From the NCBI GenBank assembly GCA_016927995.1, contig JAFGLO010000004.1:955-64954 (forward strand): a stretch of DNA of 64,000 bases. Direction: 5' to 3'. Numbering within the stretch: the stretch's first letter is position 1; each line of letters begins with the position of its first letter. Positions 1 to 10,011 of this stretch are shown here, piece by piece. Under the pieces are notes generated by a model. That model was not told the DNA's origin. It did not search any database and was given only the letters and a program-made list of their open reading frames with translations. The stretch is from Candidatus Dojkabacteria bacterium. Its GTDB lineage: Bacteria; Patescibacteriota; Dojkabacteria; JAFGLO01. A program made the position numbers and the translations under genes.

Positions 1-768
1 AAGGTCTTTGCTTATGGCTTTAATCTCTGCCCGCATGGTTTTGTAAGCCTTTACAGGATCATCGTTTTCAAGGCTAATAACATGTGCAACATTTCTAACG
101 TGTTCGGTATGCTTTAAAAACTTTGTACCAAGGCCTTTACCTTTATGAGTGTCCTCGATAAGTCCTGGCAAGTCCATAATTTTAATGCCATTCATTACAC
201 CGATTTGCGGGTCAAGTGTTGTAAATTCATATGGGGCAACTTTAACTTTGGCATTGGTGAGTGCATTTAAAAGACTCGACTTTCCGGCGTTTGGATATCC
301 AATAAACATAATATCTGCCTTCATTTTAAAGATCATGTGGACGTTTATGGGTTCCGGAGTCGCTCTTGGTAAGTTTGTTTTTACTTCAGGGTGTTTTTTT
401 CGGGATACGTTACCAAGTCCCCCCTTGCAACCATTACGTAATCTTACGATTTGGTTATGAGTATCAATTATGTAGGTGATCGGTTCTTTAAGCTCAACGG
501 TAACCTCAGTGGTTAATGGCACAAGCAATATAAGATCCTTGCCTCGACTTCCATTTCGGTTGTTTCTTCTTCCGAATTCTCCGTTATCGGCTTTATATAA
601 ATGCCAGGGTTTAAAAAAATTAAGATCGTAAATATTTTCCGAACCTTTTACGAAAACACTGCCGCCTCTACCGCCATCTCCGCCATTGGCTCTTCTTAGA
701 AATATATAGTTAGATCCGATCCCTCCCTTTCCAACCATTATTTTTATTGATATTTTGTCTTTTAACAT
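1..768 (-). CDS. obg: GTPase Obg (partial; C-terminus runs off the window start)
   Basis: The reverse-strand frame is open from the ATG at 768 to the window edge. Translation gives an Obg N-terminal Gly-rich fold (…FLRRANGGDGGRGGSVFV…) and a G-domain P-loop (FIGYPNAGKSSLLNALT). It is missing from the ORF track only because it has no stop inside the window. Confidence 0.85.
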   Translation of the reverse strand, partial: MLKDKISIKIMVGKGGIGSNYIFLRRANGGDGGRGGSVFVKGSENIYDLNFFKPWHLYKADNGEFGRRNNRNGSRGKDLILLVPLTTEVTVELKEPITYIIDTHNQIVRLRNGCKGGLGNVSRKKHPEVKTNLPRATPEPINVHMIFKMKADIMFIGYPNAGKSSLLNALTNAKVKVAPYEFTTLDPQIGVMNGIKIMDLPGLIEDTHKGKGLGTKFLKHTEHVRNVAHVISLENDDPVKAYKTMRAEIKAISKDL

Positions 769-904
769 AATATCTATTATAGCAGTATTTGATTGATAAT
801 GTGGTATAATAACAATATGAAACACAATTCTAGATCTTCGGGATCTTCAAATTTCCCTTATTGAATCTGCAAAGGTGTTGTAAATAACGTAAAAGGAGTG
901 AACA

Positions 905-1750
905 ATGAATATACTATTATTGCCCGCAGTTGAGAATTTTTCAAGAATCGAAAGTTCCCTGGGAAACAATCATACCTATACAAAAGGATACTTTAAGGAC
1001 CTTGTGTTTAAGTTTAACAGCGAACCTAAAGTTCATTTAGCCGGTAAGGATATTAAAGAGTTTGATTTTGTGTGGCTGTCATCCTACTGGGAGACAAGAG
1101 ATCTTGCGTATGCTATTAGTTTGTATCTAACTGCACATAATGTTAGGCATACAAAAGTTGAGGCTTCCGGGTCAAAAATTGTGGATCACATGATCTTTAA
1201 TCTTGCAGGAATAAGCGTACCGGACACGTTTTTTTCGCTATTTTGGTCTAATCCCGTAGTTATACAAAGGGTTAAAGATTACTGTAGCTATCCTATTGTA
1301 ATAAAAGATATTCGTGGTTGTAGAGGAAAATTTGCAAATAAAGTTGATTCCGAGATCGAGTTTGAAGAGGCAATAAAAGGATTACCTTTTTATAAAAAGT
1401 TTATGTACCAAACATATATTCCAAATGATTTTGACTGGGGTGTACTTGTTGCTAATGGAAAGATTGTTGCCGGCGAAAAGAGTTTCCCTAAAAAGGGTGA
1501 GTTTAGAAATAATGCTTGTAACGGTGCAACTGAGAGTTTTGTACCGGTTAGTGAAATTCCTTTAGAAATAAAAGAAATTGCAATTAAGTCGGTAGCTTCA
1601 CTTTGTCTTTCTTGGGGTAGAGCCGACATTATTGTAAACAAAGACACAGGCAAACCATATCTTCTAGAGGTTAATCGATATCCCGGGATAACAAAAGGTT
1701 CCGATGAGGAATCTGCCGCAATCGGGTACATTAATTATTTATTGAAATAA
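905..1750 (+). CDS. ATP-grasp domain protein (RimK/glutathione-synthetase-like)
   Basis: 281 aa. The C-terminal region (…DIIVNKDTGKPYLLEVNRYPGI…) matches the ATP-grasp Mg/ATP-binding signature (E-x-N). Family recognised by eye only. Confidence 0.5.
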   Translation: MNILLLPAVENFSRIESSLGNNHTYTKGYFKDLVFKFNSEPKVHLAGKDIKEFDFVWLSSYWETRDLAYAISLYLTAHNVRHTKVEASGSKIVDHMIFNLAGISVPDTFFSLFWSNPVVIQRVKDYCSYPIVIKDIRGCRGKFANKVDSEIEFEEAIKGLPFYKKFMYQTYIPNDFDWGVLVANGKIVAGEKSFPKKGEFRNNACNGATESFVPVSEIPLEIKEIAIKSVASLCLSWGRADIIVNKDTGKPYLLEVNRYPGITKGSDEESAAIGYINYLLK

Positions 1751-1836
1751 CACTAAGATTGTTTTTTGTTTTTGAAATTGCCTAGAATTTTCCCTGATGG
1801 TATATTGTATATACAGTTAAGTTTGTACAATACCTC

Positions 1837-2916
1837 ATGAGTAAACTTAAGGAAGTATTCGATCGTATTTATGCCGGTACCAACGTACCTTTTTTGGAAC
1901 CGGAAGTATATTCCGGTATTCTTGACAAAATAGACGGAAAAACAACTGAAATTGCAAGTAAACTAAATATCACAATTTCAGAAGAAGAGAGTTGGGATCT
2001 GGAACTTCTAAAGGGGCTTCTAAGAAAGGGAATGAATCCGGTGGCACTTGAACCTAATCTCATAAGTACTGCGCTTTTAGTGGAGGAAGGATTAAAATCG
2101 TTCCCGGGGAAAGAGCACTTTAAGATTTTGGAACTTGGCTTTGGTGCCGGATGGTCAACGATTGGACTTTGGAATCACTTAAAATCTACACTTGGTTCAT
2201 CATTTACATTATATTCATGTGATAAATCTGTATATGCGGCAGGGACAACCGTACTAATGCTTGAATATTTTAAAATTCCTTACAAGTTTGCAGAAAGAAA
2301 TGAGCTAGGAGAGGATGAGTTTAATGGAGTTGTTATAGTTGTCGACAACTTTGAAAATACAGTGCAAAGATTTAAAAACAACACCTTGCACGCAGCATAT
2401 TCAAATCATGGTGTGGCATATTTGTCAATTACCGACTATGTAGGCTTACTTATAGCGCTATACGAAAAGGTCAAAAAGGGTGGATCGGTAATTTCTGATT
2501 CATTAAATCCTGATTTAATAATAAATTTGAATCAAAACAAAATTAAGATGCGGGTTCTTTTGGGAGGTAACGTTAGAAAGTTAAATAGAAATCCTGAACT
2601 TGTAGGTGTTACTATTATGAACGGTTATGTCACAGATGCGTATGATTACTCTGCTGCAAGATTTTTGGACTTTATGCATTACCTATTCTTTAGAAATCAA
2701 AGGATGTTTAAACTCTATATGGATGCAATAAGTAGTTCTGAAGAATCACAAAAGCTTTTAAGAGAGTGGGTGAAGGTTCCCTCCTCAGATTTTTATGTTT
2801 TGCTAAAATATAACTCCAAGCTGATTCCATTTAAAACAGTAGAAATTCCAAGCGTTTTTGCAAAGAAATATGTTAGGGAGCATCCTTACGTAGAAGCAGT
2901 ATGGTTTAAAAAATAA
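1837..2916 (+). CDS. Hypothetical protein, possible class I SAM-dependent methyltransferase fold
   Basis: 359 aa. Contains ILELGFGAGWS, resembling the Gly-rich motif I of Rossmann-fold methyltransferases. Weak assignment. Confidence 0.3.
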   Translation: MSKLKEVFDRIYAGTNVPFLEPEVYSGILDKIDGKTTEIASKLNITISEEESWDLELLKGLLRKGMNPVALEPNLISTALLVEEGLKSFPGKEHFKILELGFGAGWSTIGLWNHLKSTLGSSFTLYSCDKSVYAAGTTVLMLEYFKIPYKFAERNELGEDEFNGVVIVVDNFENTVQRFKNNTLHAAYSNHGVAYLSITDYVGLLIALYEKVKKGGSVISDSLNPDLIINLNQNKIKMRVLLGGNVRKLNRNPELVGVTIMNGYVTDAYDYSAARFLDFMHYLFFRNQRMFKLYMDAISSSEESQKLLREWVKVPSSDFYVLLKYNSKLIPFKTVEIPSVFAKKYVREHPYVEAVWFKK

Positions 2917-2918
2917 TT

Positions 2919-5237
2919 ATGAGTCCGGAACAGATTCTTACTAAAATTCTGAATATGCGAATAGAGAACTTTCTTGTTTTGTTTTGGGGAGTGTTGTCTG
3001 TAGTTATTGCCATTTACGTTGGGATAAAGGGGAAGTCGCGCGTGTCAAGTCTTTTGTACGCATTTATTTCTACAATAACCGGACCACTGTGGTCAATAGC
3101 AATTGCATTTTTTAGGGAATCAACAGATATCCCAACCGCGCTGTTTTGGGATCAGATAATCTATCTGGTGTCAATACTTATTGCTCCACTTTTTTACACG
3201 TTCTCAACGTTTTTTCCGAGAGAAAAGAAGTTTCCTATTACAATGATGCTTGTTTCTGTTTTGGGTTTTTCCTATTTTCTTTATGAAATATATTTTGGAA
3301 AGAACTTTATAGCAGAGATAATTCTTAATGACAATGGAAACACAATAAGGATAGGATATGCATACGTTATTTGGTTCGTGTGGTTTGTACTCTTAATGGG
3401 ACTGGGACAGTTAAGAATTTTAAAGGAGTTTTTTAGCCTAAAGGGAACGGAACGGGAACAGGTCAAATATCTGACTTGGGGTATACTTCTTCCCGCACTA
3501 GGAACTATTCCAACTAATGCCTTATTTCCGCTTTGGGGCGAGTACCGTTTCATATGGATAGGTCCTTATTTTATGATCGCAATGCATATTGTTGTAACAT
3601 ATGGAATTACTAGAGCAAGATTTAGAAATATCTCATCGGTAATAGGTGCAATTTTGAGATTTTTTTGTGGGTTTTTGTATTTGATCGGTGCGTTTACCAT
3701 AATAAACTATTTGTATATTTATCTTTTTTCAAATGGATTTTCCGAGATTTTCATTCCTGTTGTGTTTGGGGTTGGGGTAATCTTGGGGGCACCTGCAATT
3801 TACCTTTTTAAGATAATTGATCAGTTAATTGATTCTTCACTTCAGGGCACCCAAAATCTTGATGAGTTAATGGATTTGCTCTTCCGCAAGATTCAAACGG
3901 AATTGAGTATTCTAAAGCTTACGAACCTAATAGCGTCATATCTTTCAGAAATTTTTAAAGCAACCGGCAGTGGAATAATGATAATTAATAATGAGACCAA
4001 AGAGGTTGAACATGAGGCATTTTCGGGGTTTGACGATCTGTCGACAGAAAAATTGATTCCGCTTGCATCTTTTTGGGATGAGATATACGAAAAAGGTGAA
4101 CCAATAATTCTCTCCGAGCTTGAATATATTATAAAGCTTGGATTGTCGTTACCCAGAAGTAAAAGTGCCCAGAAAGTTATTGAAATTATTGACTTCATGT
4201 CTAAACACAATATTGAAGTGATTATTCCTCTTAGCGAGAAACTAAATCTTTCCGGTCTTATAATCCTTTCCAGGAAAAAGGGAGATGCTCCTTATTGGGT
4301 TGAGGATATAAAGAACCTTAAGTTGTTAACTGAACGTATATCACTTTCTGTTAGCAGGGCTCTTTTGTATGATCAGATAAACGATTTTAATCGGACACTT
4401 CAAACAAGAGTAACCAAAGCGACTCAGAAAGTTAAGGATAAGAATAAAATATTGCGGGAGAACCTTAGGAGAGAACGAGATCTTATAGACATAATGGGTC
4501 ATGAACTTAGAACGCCGCTTACAATTATTCGGAACTGTTTTGATCTTGTACTTGTAAACATGCGGGCTAAAAATACTAAAGGTGTTCTTACCTGGGTAGA
4601 AAAGGGAATTGCTGGAACCAAACGAGGTATCGATATTTTAGAAAGTATGCTCACAACGACTAAAATCGATAAAAACAAAATCCAGGTTGTTATGGAAAAA
4701 GTATCATTATCTGAACTAGCTAAGTCGGTTGTAGATGGACTTACAAAAGAGGCATCCATTAAGGGGCTTGAGTTTAAATCACAAGTTGAAGACAGAATAT
4801 TTGTTTATGCTGATACTGATAAAGTGCTTCAAATCATTAATAACCTAGTTAATAATGCAATAAAGTATACTGATGCCGGTTACATAAGGCTCTTGATCGA
4901 ACGAAGGGGTGACAATGTTATTCTCGAGGTATCTGATACAGGAGTTGGTATTAGTAAGGAAGATATTAAAAACCTTGGGAAGAAATTTTTTAGATCTAAT
5001 CCGTATATAGGTAAAGAGGAAGGAGTATCGGAAATTGTACGTCCCGGTGGTACGGGCCTTGGATTATATGTGGTTTTTAACTATGTGAAGTATTTGAATG
5101 GGGATATAAGTGTTAAAAGTGGACTTGGTAAAGGTACTACATTCACGGTGACTCTTCCTGTTTTTGAAGGACAAAAAACAAAATCTTCTAAGGGATTTTC
5201 AACGGACAAGTTTGAAAAGTTAAAGAAAGAGGTATAA
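2919..5237 (+). CDS. Sensor histidine kinase (multi-TM N-terminal sensor, cytoplasmic GAF-like region, HisKA and HATPase_c)
   Basis: 772 aa with about 8 predicted TM helices. H-box IMGHELRTPLTIIRN; N-box NNLVNNAIKYT; G-boxes DTGVGI and GTGLGL. No response regulator is adjacent. Confidence 0.85.
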   Translation: MSPEQILTKILNMRIENFLVLFWGVLSVVIAIYVGIKGKSRVSSLLYAFISTITGPLWSIAIAFFRESTDIPTALFWDQIIYLVSILIAPLFYTFSTFFPREKKFPITMMLVSVLGFSYFLYEIYFGKNFIAEIILNDNGNTIRIGYAYVIWFVWFVLLMGLGQLRILKEFFSLKGTEREQVKYLTWGILLPALGTIPTNALFPLWGEYRFIWIGPYFMIAMHIVVTYGITRARFRNISSVIGAILRFFCGFLYLIGAFTIINYLYIYLFSNGFSEIFIPVVFGVGVILGAPAIYLFKIIDQLIDSSLQGTQNLDELMDLLFRKIQTELSILKLTNLIASYLSEIFKATGSGIMIINNETKEVEHEAFSGFDDLSTEKLIPLASFWDEIYEKGEPIILSELEYIIKLGLSLPRSKSAQKVIEIIDFMSKHNIEVIIPLSEKLNLSGLIILSRKKGDAPYWVEDIKNLKLLTERISLSVSRALLYDQINDFNRTLQTRVTKATQKVKDKNKILRENLRRERDLIDIMGHELRTPLTIIRNCFDLVLVNMRAKNTKGVLTWVEKGIAGTKRGIDILESMLTTTKIDKNKIQVVMEKVSLSELAKSVVDGLTKEASIKGLEFKSQVEDRIFVYADTDKVLQIINNLVNNAIKYTDAGYIRLLIERRGDNVILEVSDTGVGISKEDIKNLGKKFFRSNPYIGKEEGVSEIVRPGGTGLGLYVVFNYVKYLNGDISVKSGLGKGTTFTVTLPVFEGQKTKSSKGFSTDKFEKLKKEV

Positions 5238-5255
5238 TAATACAAAATAAAATTA

Positions 5256-7268
5256 TTGAATAATCTAAGAAAAATGAAAAACTATATAAGACCTGCGTTG
5301 TTTGCTGTACTTGCATTTGCCTTGGTGCTACCGATTTTTATTTCGCCTACCTATGCTGCAACTATTTACGGTGAAGGTAATTTTACCGGTGCCAGTGCAA
5401 CCGGGGATGCCTCTACTTACTCAAAAGATAATACTCCCACATACACATTTACAGCTACAAACACTTCGGGAAGTGAACTTACCAATGTGAAATGTGTTTT
5501 TACTCCAGTGGATCTAAATGGAACAATAAAATATCCCGATTACATTGACTTTATTTCGGGAACAGCTACAGTTGGGGGATCAACTTATGCAATTTCCAAG
5601 GCCAGCGACCCGTCCGGCTGGTATGCTACTTCCGAAGAATTTTCCGTTCCTAATGGGACATCGGTTTTATGTAGTATTAAGATAAAAATATTAAATAACA
5701 CACCGACTAACCCTGACATTGATCCACTCGGTTATGCAAAATTTCCTTTGGAATATGGAATTTATGGGTGGGGAAGCACTGTTTATGCGGATTCAAGTAT
5801 AAAAGTAATCCAAGAGGCAGGTGTAGTGGAGGCACTAACCCTTAGTGTTACCGGTTCAGGTTTGTATAAAGACACCGATACAGCCACATTTAAATCTACA
5901 ATAAAGAATATTTCATCGGTAATGGTAAATACTATTTGTGGTTTTGCTCCGGGGGAAATAACAGGAACAGGTTACGGGAATTTCTATGATTACATGGAAT
6001 TTTCTTCTGCCAAGGCTACGGTTGGGACAACAAGTTACACAGTAAATAAAGTAGAAGATACATCAAAGCCGGGATTTTGGAAACTCGAGTCAGCTATTTT
6101 TCAGTTACCTGCGGGAGGGACTGCAATCTGTGAATTTAACGTAAAAATAAAAAAAGAAGCCCCACTAAAACTCGATACCGCAAAACTTGGTTACATGTCG
6201 ATAAATATAGGTATGACTGCATCAAAGTCTGATGGGTCAAGTTATAAATCGGAAACTGTATATTTAAAGATAGAGAACGAGTCATTGGCTGCTGTTGCGA
6301 GTATTAAACTCCCATCGATATTTGGAGGAGATACAACGAATTTTTCCAATTTAACTGATGAATCGGCAAAAAAAATAGAAGATTTTACACTTGAAGTAGT
6401 CGGGAAAGGGAAGATTGTTTACAAGGAAACAGTAAATCTTTCTGGTGATGCAATAATCGTACGCATGGAGAAGCTTGATGAATACGTAATGATCAACTCG
6501 GGAAGCGTTGAAGTAAAAACAGACCGCTTTTCGGAGCTTAATAAACCGGCAACGGTTTATCTATATGGACTTAATCTAGTTAAGATTGAAGAGCTGCCCT
6601 TTACTATTTATAATGACGGTAAGGCTTCTTCCGGTGCAGTTTCGAATGTCAGATACGAAAATAAAGTTCTAAGTTTTGATGTAACGGGGTTTTCCAGATA
6701 CTCTTTCGTTCCGGGGATTTCCTATGAATATGAAAGAGTAGACGGAAAATTAAAAGTTGATGGATTTGTGAACGATCTCGATGCAATAATTAAACTTATT
6801 GCCGGTGATAAAGAAGTTGTTCTAGAGGTTTCAGACGACGGTAGTTTTAAAGGTGAAATTGATGCTGATAGTGGTTCAGCAGTTAAGCTTTTAGCAACCG
6901 GGATAAGTGGTGATAAGATGGAAAAACTACTTGAAGGCGAAAGTGGATCAGGTAAATCTGCCGAAAATGAAAAGCTCTTTTTGGGGCTTGATAGTGTGAG
7001 TTGGATGTTGATAGGTGGCGGATTTTTAATCTTCATGGGTGGCTTTACCTTTATTGCATACAAAAAGGGTTGGCTTAAAAAGTGGATGGAGGCTGGTAAA
7101 AAATTTGGTGAGAAACTAAGGGTAAAATTTTCTAAAAAAGGTGCAAAACCCGTTTTGGAGATTGAAGTTTCTAAGGCGGATATAGCGTCGGATGAAAACT
7201 TAGGTACAAACAAGGTTACAACGAAGACCGGTGATGAGATTACTTTTAACGAGGTTAAGGATAATTAA
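5256..7268 (+). CDS. Large secreted/surface protein (N-terminal signal peptide, C-terminal TM anchor)
   Basis: 670 aa. N-terminal signal ending …SPTYA-AT. Thr/Ser-rich β-rich body. C-terminal hydrophobic helix (WMLIGGGFLIFMGGFTFIAY) followed by a basic tail. Confidence 0.6.
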   Translation: MNNLRKMKNYIRPALFAVLAFALVLPIFISPTYAATIYGEGNFTGASATGDASTYSKDNTPTYTFTATNTSGSELTNVKCVFTPVDLNGTIKYPDYIDFISGTATVGGSTYAISKASDPSGWYATSEEFSVPNGTSVLCSIKIKILNNTPTNPDIDPLGYAKFPLEYGIYGWGSTVYADSSIKVIQEAGVVEALTLSVTGSGLYKDTDTATFKSTIKNISSVMVNTICGFAPGEITGTGYGNFYDYMEFSSAKATVGTTSYTVNKVEDTSKPGFWKLESAIFQLPAGGTAICEFNVKIKKEAPLKLDTAKLGYMSINIGMTASKSDGSSYKSETVYLKIENESLAAVASIKLPSIFGGDTTNFSNLTDESAKKIEDFTLEVVGKGKIVYKETVNLSGDAIIVRMEKLDEYVMINSGSVEVKTDRFSELNKPATVYLYGLNLVKIEELPFTIYNDGKASSGAVSNVRYENKVLSFDVTGFSRYSFVPGISYEYERVDGKLKVDGFVNDLDAIIKLIAGDKEVVLEVSDDGSFKGEIDADSGSAVKLLATGISGDKMEKLLEGESGSGKSAENEKLFLGLDSVSWMLIGGGFLIFMGGFTFIAYKKGWLKKWMEAGKKFGEKLRVKFSKKGAKPVLEIEVSKADIASDENLGTNKVTTKTGDEITFNEVKDN

Positions 7269-7301
7269 GCGGCTGCCTATATAATTTAAAATTTTAGTTA
7301 C

Positions 7302-7751
7302 ATGGCAAAGGAGACCTGGATACAAAAGCGTGACAAAGAAACAAAATCGCAACGCAAAATGACCCCAAAGGGAATGATGTATATTTCAACCCCTACGGAA
7401 ATTAACGAAATGATAAGAAAGATTCCTAAAGGCAAAGTTACAACGACTAAGCAAATGACCGACTTTTTGAGTAAGAAATACAAAACAGATTTTACTTGCC
7501 CATTAACTACAGGGATATTTGTTAGTATATGTGCAAATGCGGCACAAGAAGAAGAAGCTTCGGGTAAAAAAGATGTTGTGCCTTATTGGAGAGTAATTAA
7601 AGACAAGGGTAAACTATATGACAAATATCTTGGAAATACCGATACAAAACAGAAAAAGCTTTTGGAATCCGATGGGCAAAAAATTGTGCCACCCAAGCGT
7701 GGTAAAGGTGAAATAGTAGAAAATTGGGAGGATTCTTTGTTTGAGTTTTAA
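7302..7751 (+). CDS. MGMT-fold DNA-binding protein lacking the catalytic Cys (alkyltransferase-like, ATL)
   Basis: 149 aa. IPKGKVTTTKQMTDFL…VPYWRVIKDKGKL resembles the O6-alkylguanine-DNA alkyltransferase DNA-binding domain (IPyGetaTYgdiA…PCHRV), with PCHR replaced by PYWR. Assigned by eye. Confidence 0.4.
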   Translation: MAKETWIQKRDKETKSQRKMTPKGMMYISTPTEINEMIRKIPKGKVTTTKQMTDFLSKKYKTDFTCPLTTGIFVSICANAAQEEEASGKKDVVPYWRVIKDKGKLYDKYLGNTDTKQKKLLESDGQKIVPPKRGKGEIVENWEDSLFEF

Positions 7752-7809
7752 AAGGGCTGGTTTGAAATCCGACCTGTACAAAATCCTCCCGTACGAAACC
7801 GACAAAGGT

Positions 7810-8208
7810 TTATTCGGTAGTCACGCCGTCAAAATCAGCTTCGTTTGCCATGGCTTCCTCTTTTGTTGCCCTAACAATTCCGTCTTTATGATGAGCGGGT
7901 GAATAAATTGTGTAAAGCTTAAGCTCTTCTGTAGCTGAAGTATTAATTATATTGTGCTTTGCACCTTTGGGAACCACGATTGCACTGCCGTCTTTAACCT
8001 GATACTCGTTACCGTCAATTACAACTCTCCCGGTACCTGCCTCAAAACGGAAGAATTGATCGTTTTCCGGATGAATCTCTTCGCCGATGTCTTCCATTGG
8101 TTTAAGGCTCATAAGTACAAGCTGGCTAGCTTTTCCTGTGTAAAGTACCTTTCGGAAATTGGCGTTTTTGAGGGTTTCCTCTTCGATATTTATGTGAAAA
8201 CCGTGCAT
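7810..8208 (-). CDS. Cupin domain protein
   Basis: 132 aa. Two-His cupin motifs (…GEEIHPENDQFFRFEAGTG… and …VVPKGAKHNIINT…). Confidence 0.7.
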   Translation of the reverse strand: MHGFHINIEEETLKNANFRKVLYTGKASQLVLMSLKPMEDIGEEIHPENDQFFRFEAGTGRVVIDGNEYQVKDGSAIVVPKGAKHNIINTSATEELKLYTIYSPAHHKDGIVRATKEEAMANEADFDGVTTE

Positions 8209-8253
8209 TTTGGGGTAGTAAAAACTTATTTAACTAATTCTATTATACACGTT

Positions 8254-9051
8254 TTATCTGTTCCTATAAAAGACAAATTTATAATCTAGCGTATCGTTAT
8301 TTGAAGCCAACTGCCAAGGGGCATCCCATTTTAAGTAATTTTCAAACTCTGTAATATTTAAATTTGATAACCTGGCAAGTACCCAATCAATGTGATTTAA
8401 TTCCTGTATACTGACTAGGTTTGAAAAATTTGGATCTCTTGTGGGAAGATATTTTTTCTGAAGATAAGCAAATTGCTTACTTTCAATAATTTCGATCTCC
8501 TTTAGAGCTGCCATCTTTTTAATTAGTTTTTCAAAGTAGAGCGGTTTAGGTCCGACAGGTTTTTTTACGTAAGTTGCATCTATGATATGTTTTTTATATT
8601 TTTTGTAGTAATCAAAATCAATGAAATAAAGAATATAGAAGATAGTATTCTTATAGATATTGGGTTTTGCACCGATTTTTGTGAGAATATAAAGAAGAAT
8701 TTCTTTATATTTTCTATAGTTGGGCTTGGGTCGAATGGTTTCGAAGGAAACGTCAATTATTCGATCGGCGGTATGCGGTTTATTTACAAGTTGGTCAATG
8801 GATATACCTAGGATTCTTGCAAGTTCTTCGGCTTTTGTGAGTGTGAGATCTCTTTCCCCTTTTTCTATTAGGACATAAGTTTGACGTGATATTCCAAGCT
8901 TTCGTGCAATATATGATTGCGTAAGATTTCTTTCTTCCCTTAGTTCGCGAAGATATTCTTTAGTCATTGGAGATGTGGATAGCTTAGTTATGAGTTTATC
9001 ATACAGATGTACACAAAGCGTTACAGGTGATGTGTAAACAAAACAGTACAC
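8254..9051 (-). CDS. XRE-family HTH protein with a C-terminal Panacea/DUF4065-like domain (candidate antitoxin or phage-type regulator)
   Basis: N-terminus LRELREERNLTQSYIARKLGISRQTYVLIEKGERDLTLTKAEELARILGIS is a Cro/C1-type HTH. The C-terminal ~170 aa (…KNTIFYILYFIDFDYYKKYKKHIIDATYVKKPVGPKPLYFEKLIKKM…) follows the DUF4065/Panacea pattern. The true start is probably the internal Met (MTKEYLREL) at 8967. Confidence 0.6.
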   Translation of the reverse strand: MYCFVYTSPVTLCVHLYDKLITKLSTSPMTKEYLRELREERNLTQSYIARKLGISRQTYVLIEKGERDLTLTKAEELARILGISIDQLVNKPHTADRIIDVSFETIRPKPNYRKYKEILLYILTKIGAKPNIYKNTIFYILYFIDFDYYKKYKKHIIDATYVKKPVGPKPLYFEKLIKKMAALKEIEIIESKQFAYLQKKYLPTRDPNFSNLVSIQELNHIDWVLARLSNLNITEFENYLKWDAPWQLASNNDTLDYKFVFYRNR

Positions 9052-9114
9052 TTCTATGGCTTACTGTCACAATAGGTGAGTGGGTTCATCAAGGTACAGC
9101 GATATGTGGGATTT

Positions 9115-9882
9115 CTATTCTTCCGGAATTGAAGGAGGAAGATTAAGCACTTTTTCCGAAAAGGTCTCCGAAAGTGCAAAAATTAAAGCAAGTCCAAATT
9201 TTACCAACCAGAAAAAAATAAAAAACGCAGCAAGTGAATGAAATGGTGCTGCAAAAAAGAAAGCAAAGAGGTATCCGAACCAATTCGTAATAAGTTCTCC
9301 AATAGCGGGCCCCCAGTATTTAGATTTCCAACCTTTCCGGACCGCCATCATGACATATATTTCGATTACATGCCACAATCCTGCAAGCATCCAAATGTAT
9401 GATGGAATCGATCTAATAAATGTAATAAGATTATTCCATTCGTATTCAAGATGTAACGTGTTATCATCAGAACAAACCAGCCTGCTTGTATTTCCTACCG
9501 TTTCGTAATGGCAGCTAGGATCTGTTACGTTTTTTAGAAAAAATGATACCAATATAAAAAAGACAATAGGAATAAATGTTAGCATAAATATGACAAGGAT
9601 ATTTGCTAACAGTAGACCAATTCCTTTTAATACTTTTGTGCCTGTCTTACCGAATCCAATTCCGAAAAAAGAAAAGTTTATATTTGTAGTAAACGTTGCC
9701 TCAGGTAACTTTTTAAGTTTAAAGATTCCAAATAAATGTTTTCCAAGAAATGCCGGAAAAGATAATAGGTAAATCGCCATTATTAATCCGACTAGGGCAT
9801 TATCATCCTTCTTTAGCACAAAGTATAATGGAATTATGAATAGATATGGTATTAGAACGAGGTATGGTTTTATTGTTTTCAC
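9115..9882 (-). CDS. Multi-pass integral membrane protein, hypothetical
   Basis: 255 aa with about 7 hydrophobic helices and a Cys-containing loop (CHYETVGNTSRLVCSDD). It lies upstream on the same strand as the HTH-Panacea gene. Confidence 0.5.
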   Translation of the reverse strand: MKTIKPYLVLIPYLFIIPLYFVLKKDDNALVGLIMAIYLLSFPAFLGKHLFGIFKLKKLPEATFTTNINFSFFGIGFGKTGTKVLKGIGLLLANILVIFMLTFIPIVFFILVSFFLKNVTDPSCHYETVGNTSRLVCSDDNTLHLEYEWNNLITFIRSIPSYIWMLAGLWHVIEIYVMMAVRKGWKSKYWGPAIGELITNWFGYLFAFFFAAPFHSLAAFFIFFWLVKFGLALIFALSETFSEKVLNLPPSIPEE

Positions 9883-10011
9883 GTATTCCGATTTTTATGG
9901 ATTTAAAATAATCACTATTTTAACGGAGAGGACCATGCCAGAGGCAGAACAGGTTCTCACCTTTTTTGTCCGTTGCTGGTTGACCCCACATTCGTTGGGA
10001 TCATTCAGCAA

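Noticed and set aside
149-460. Plus-strand 103-aa ORF
   Set aside because: Lies antisense within the clearly conserved obg coding sequence. It is a shadow ORF.
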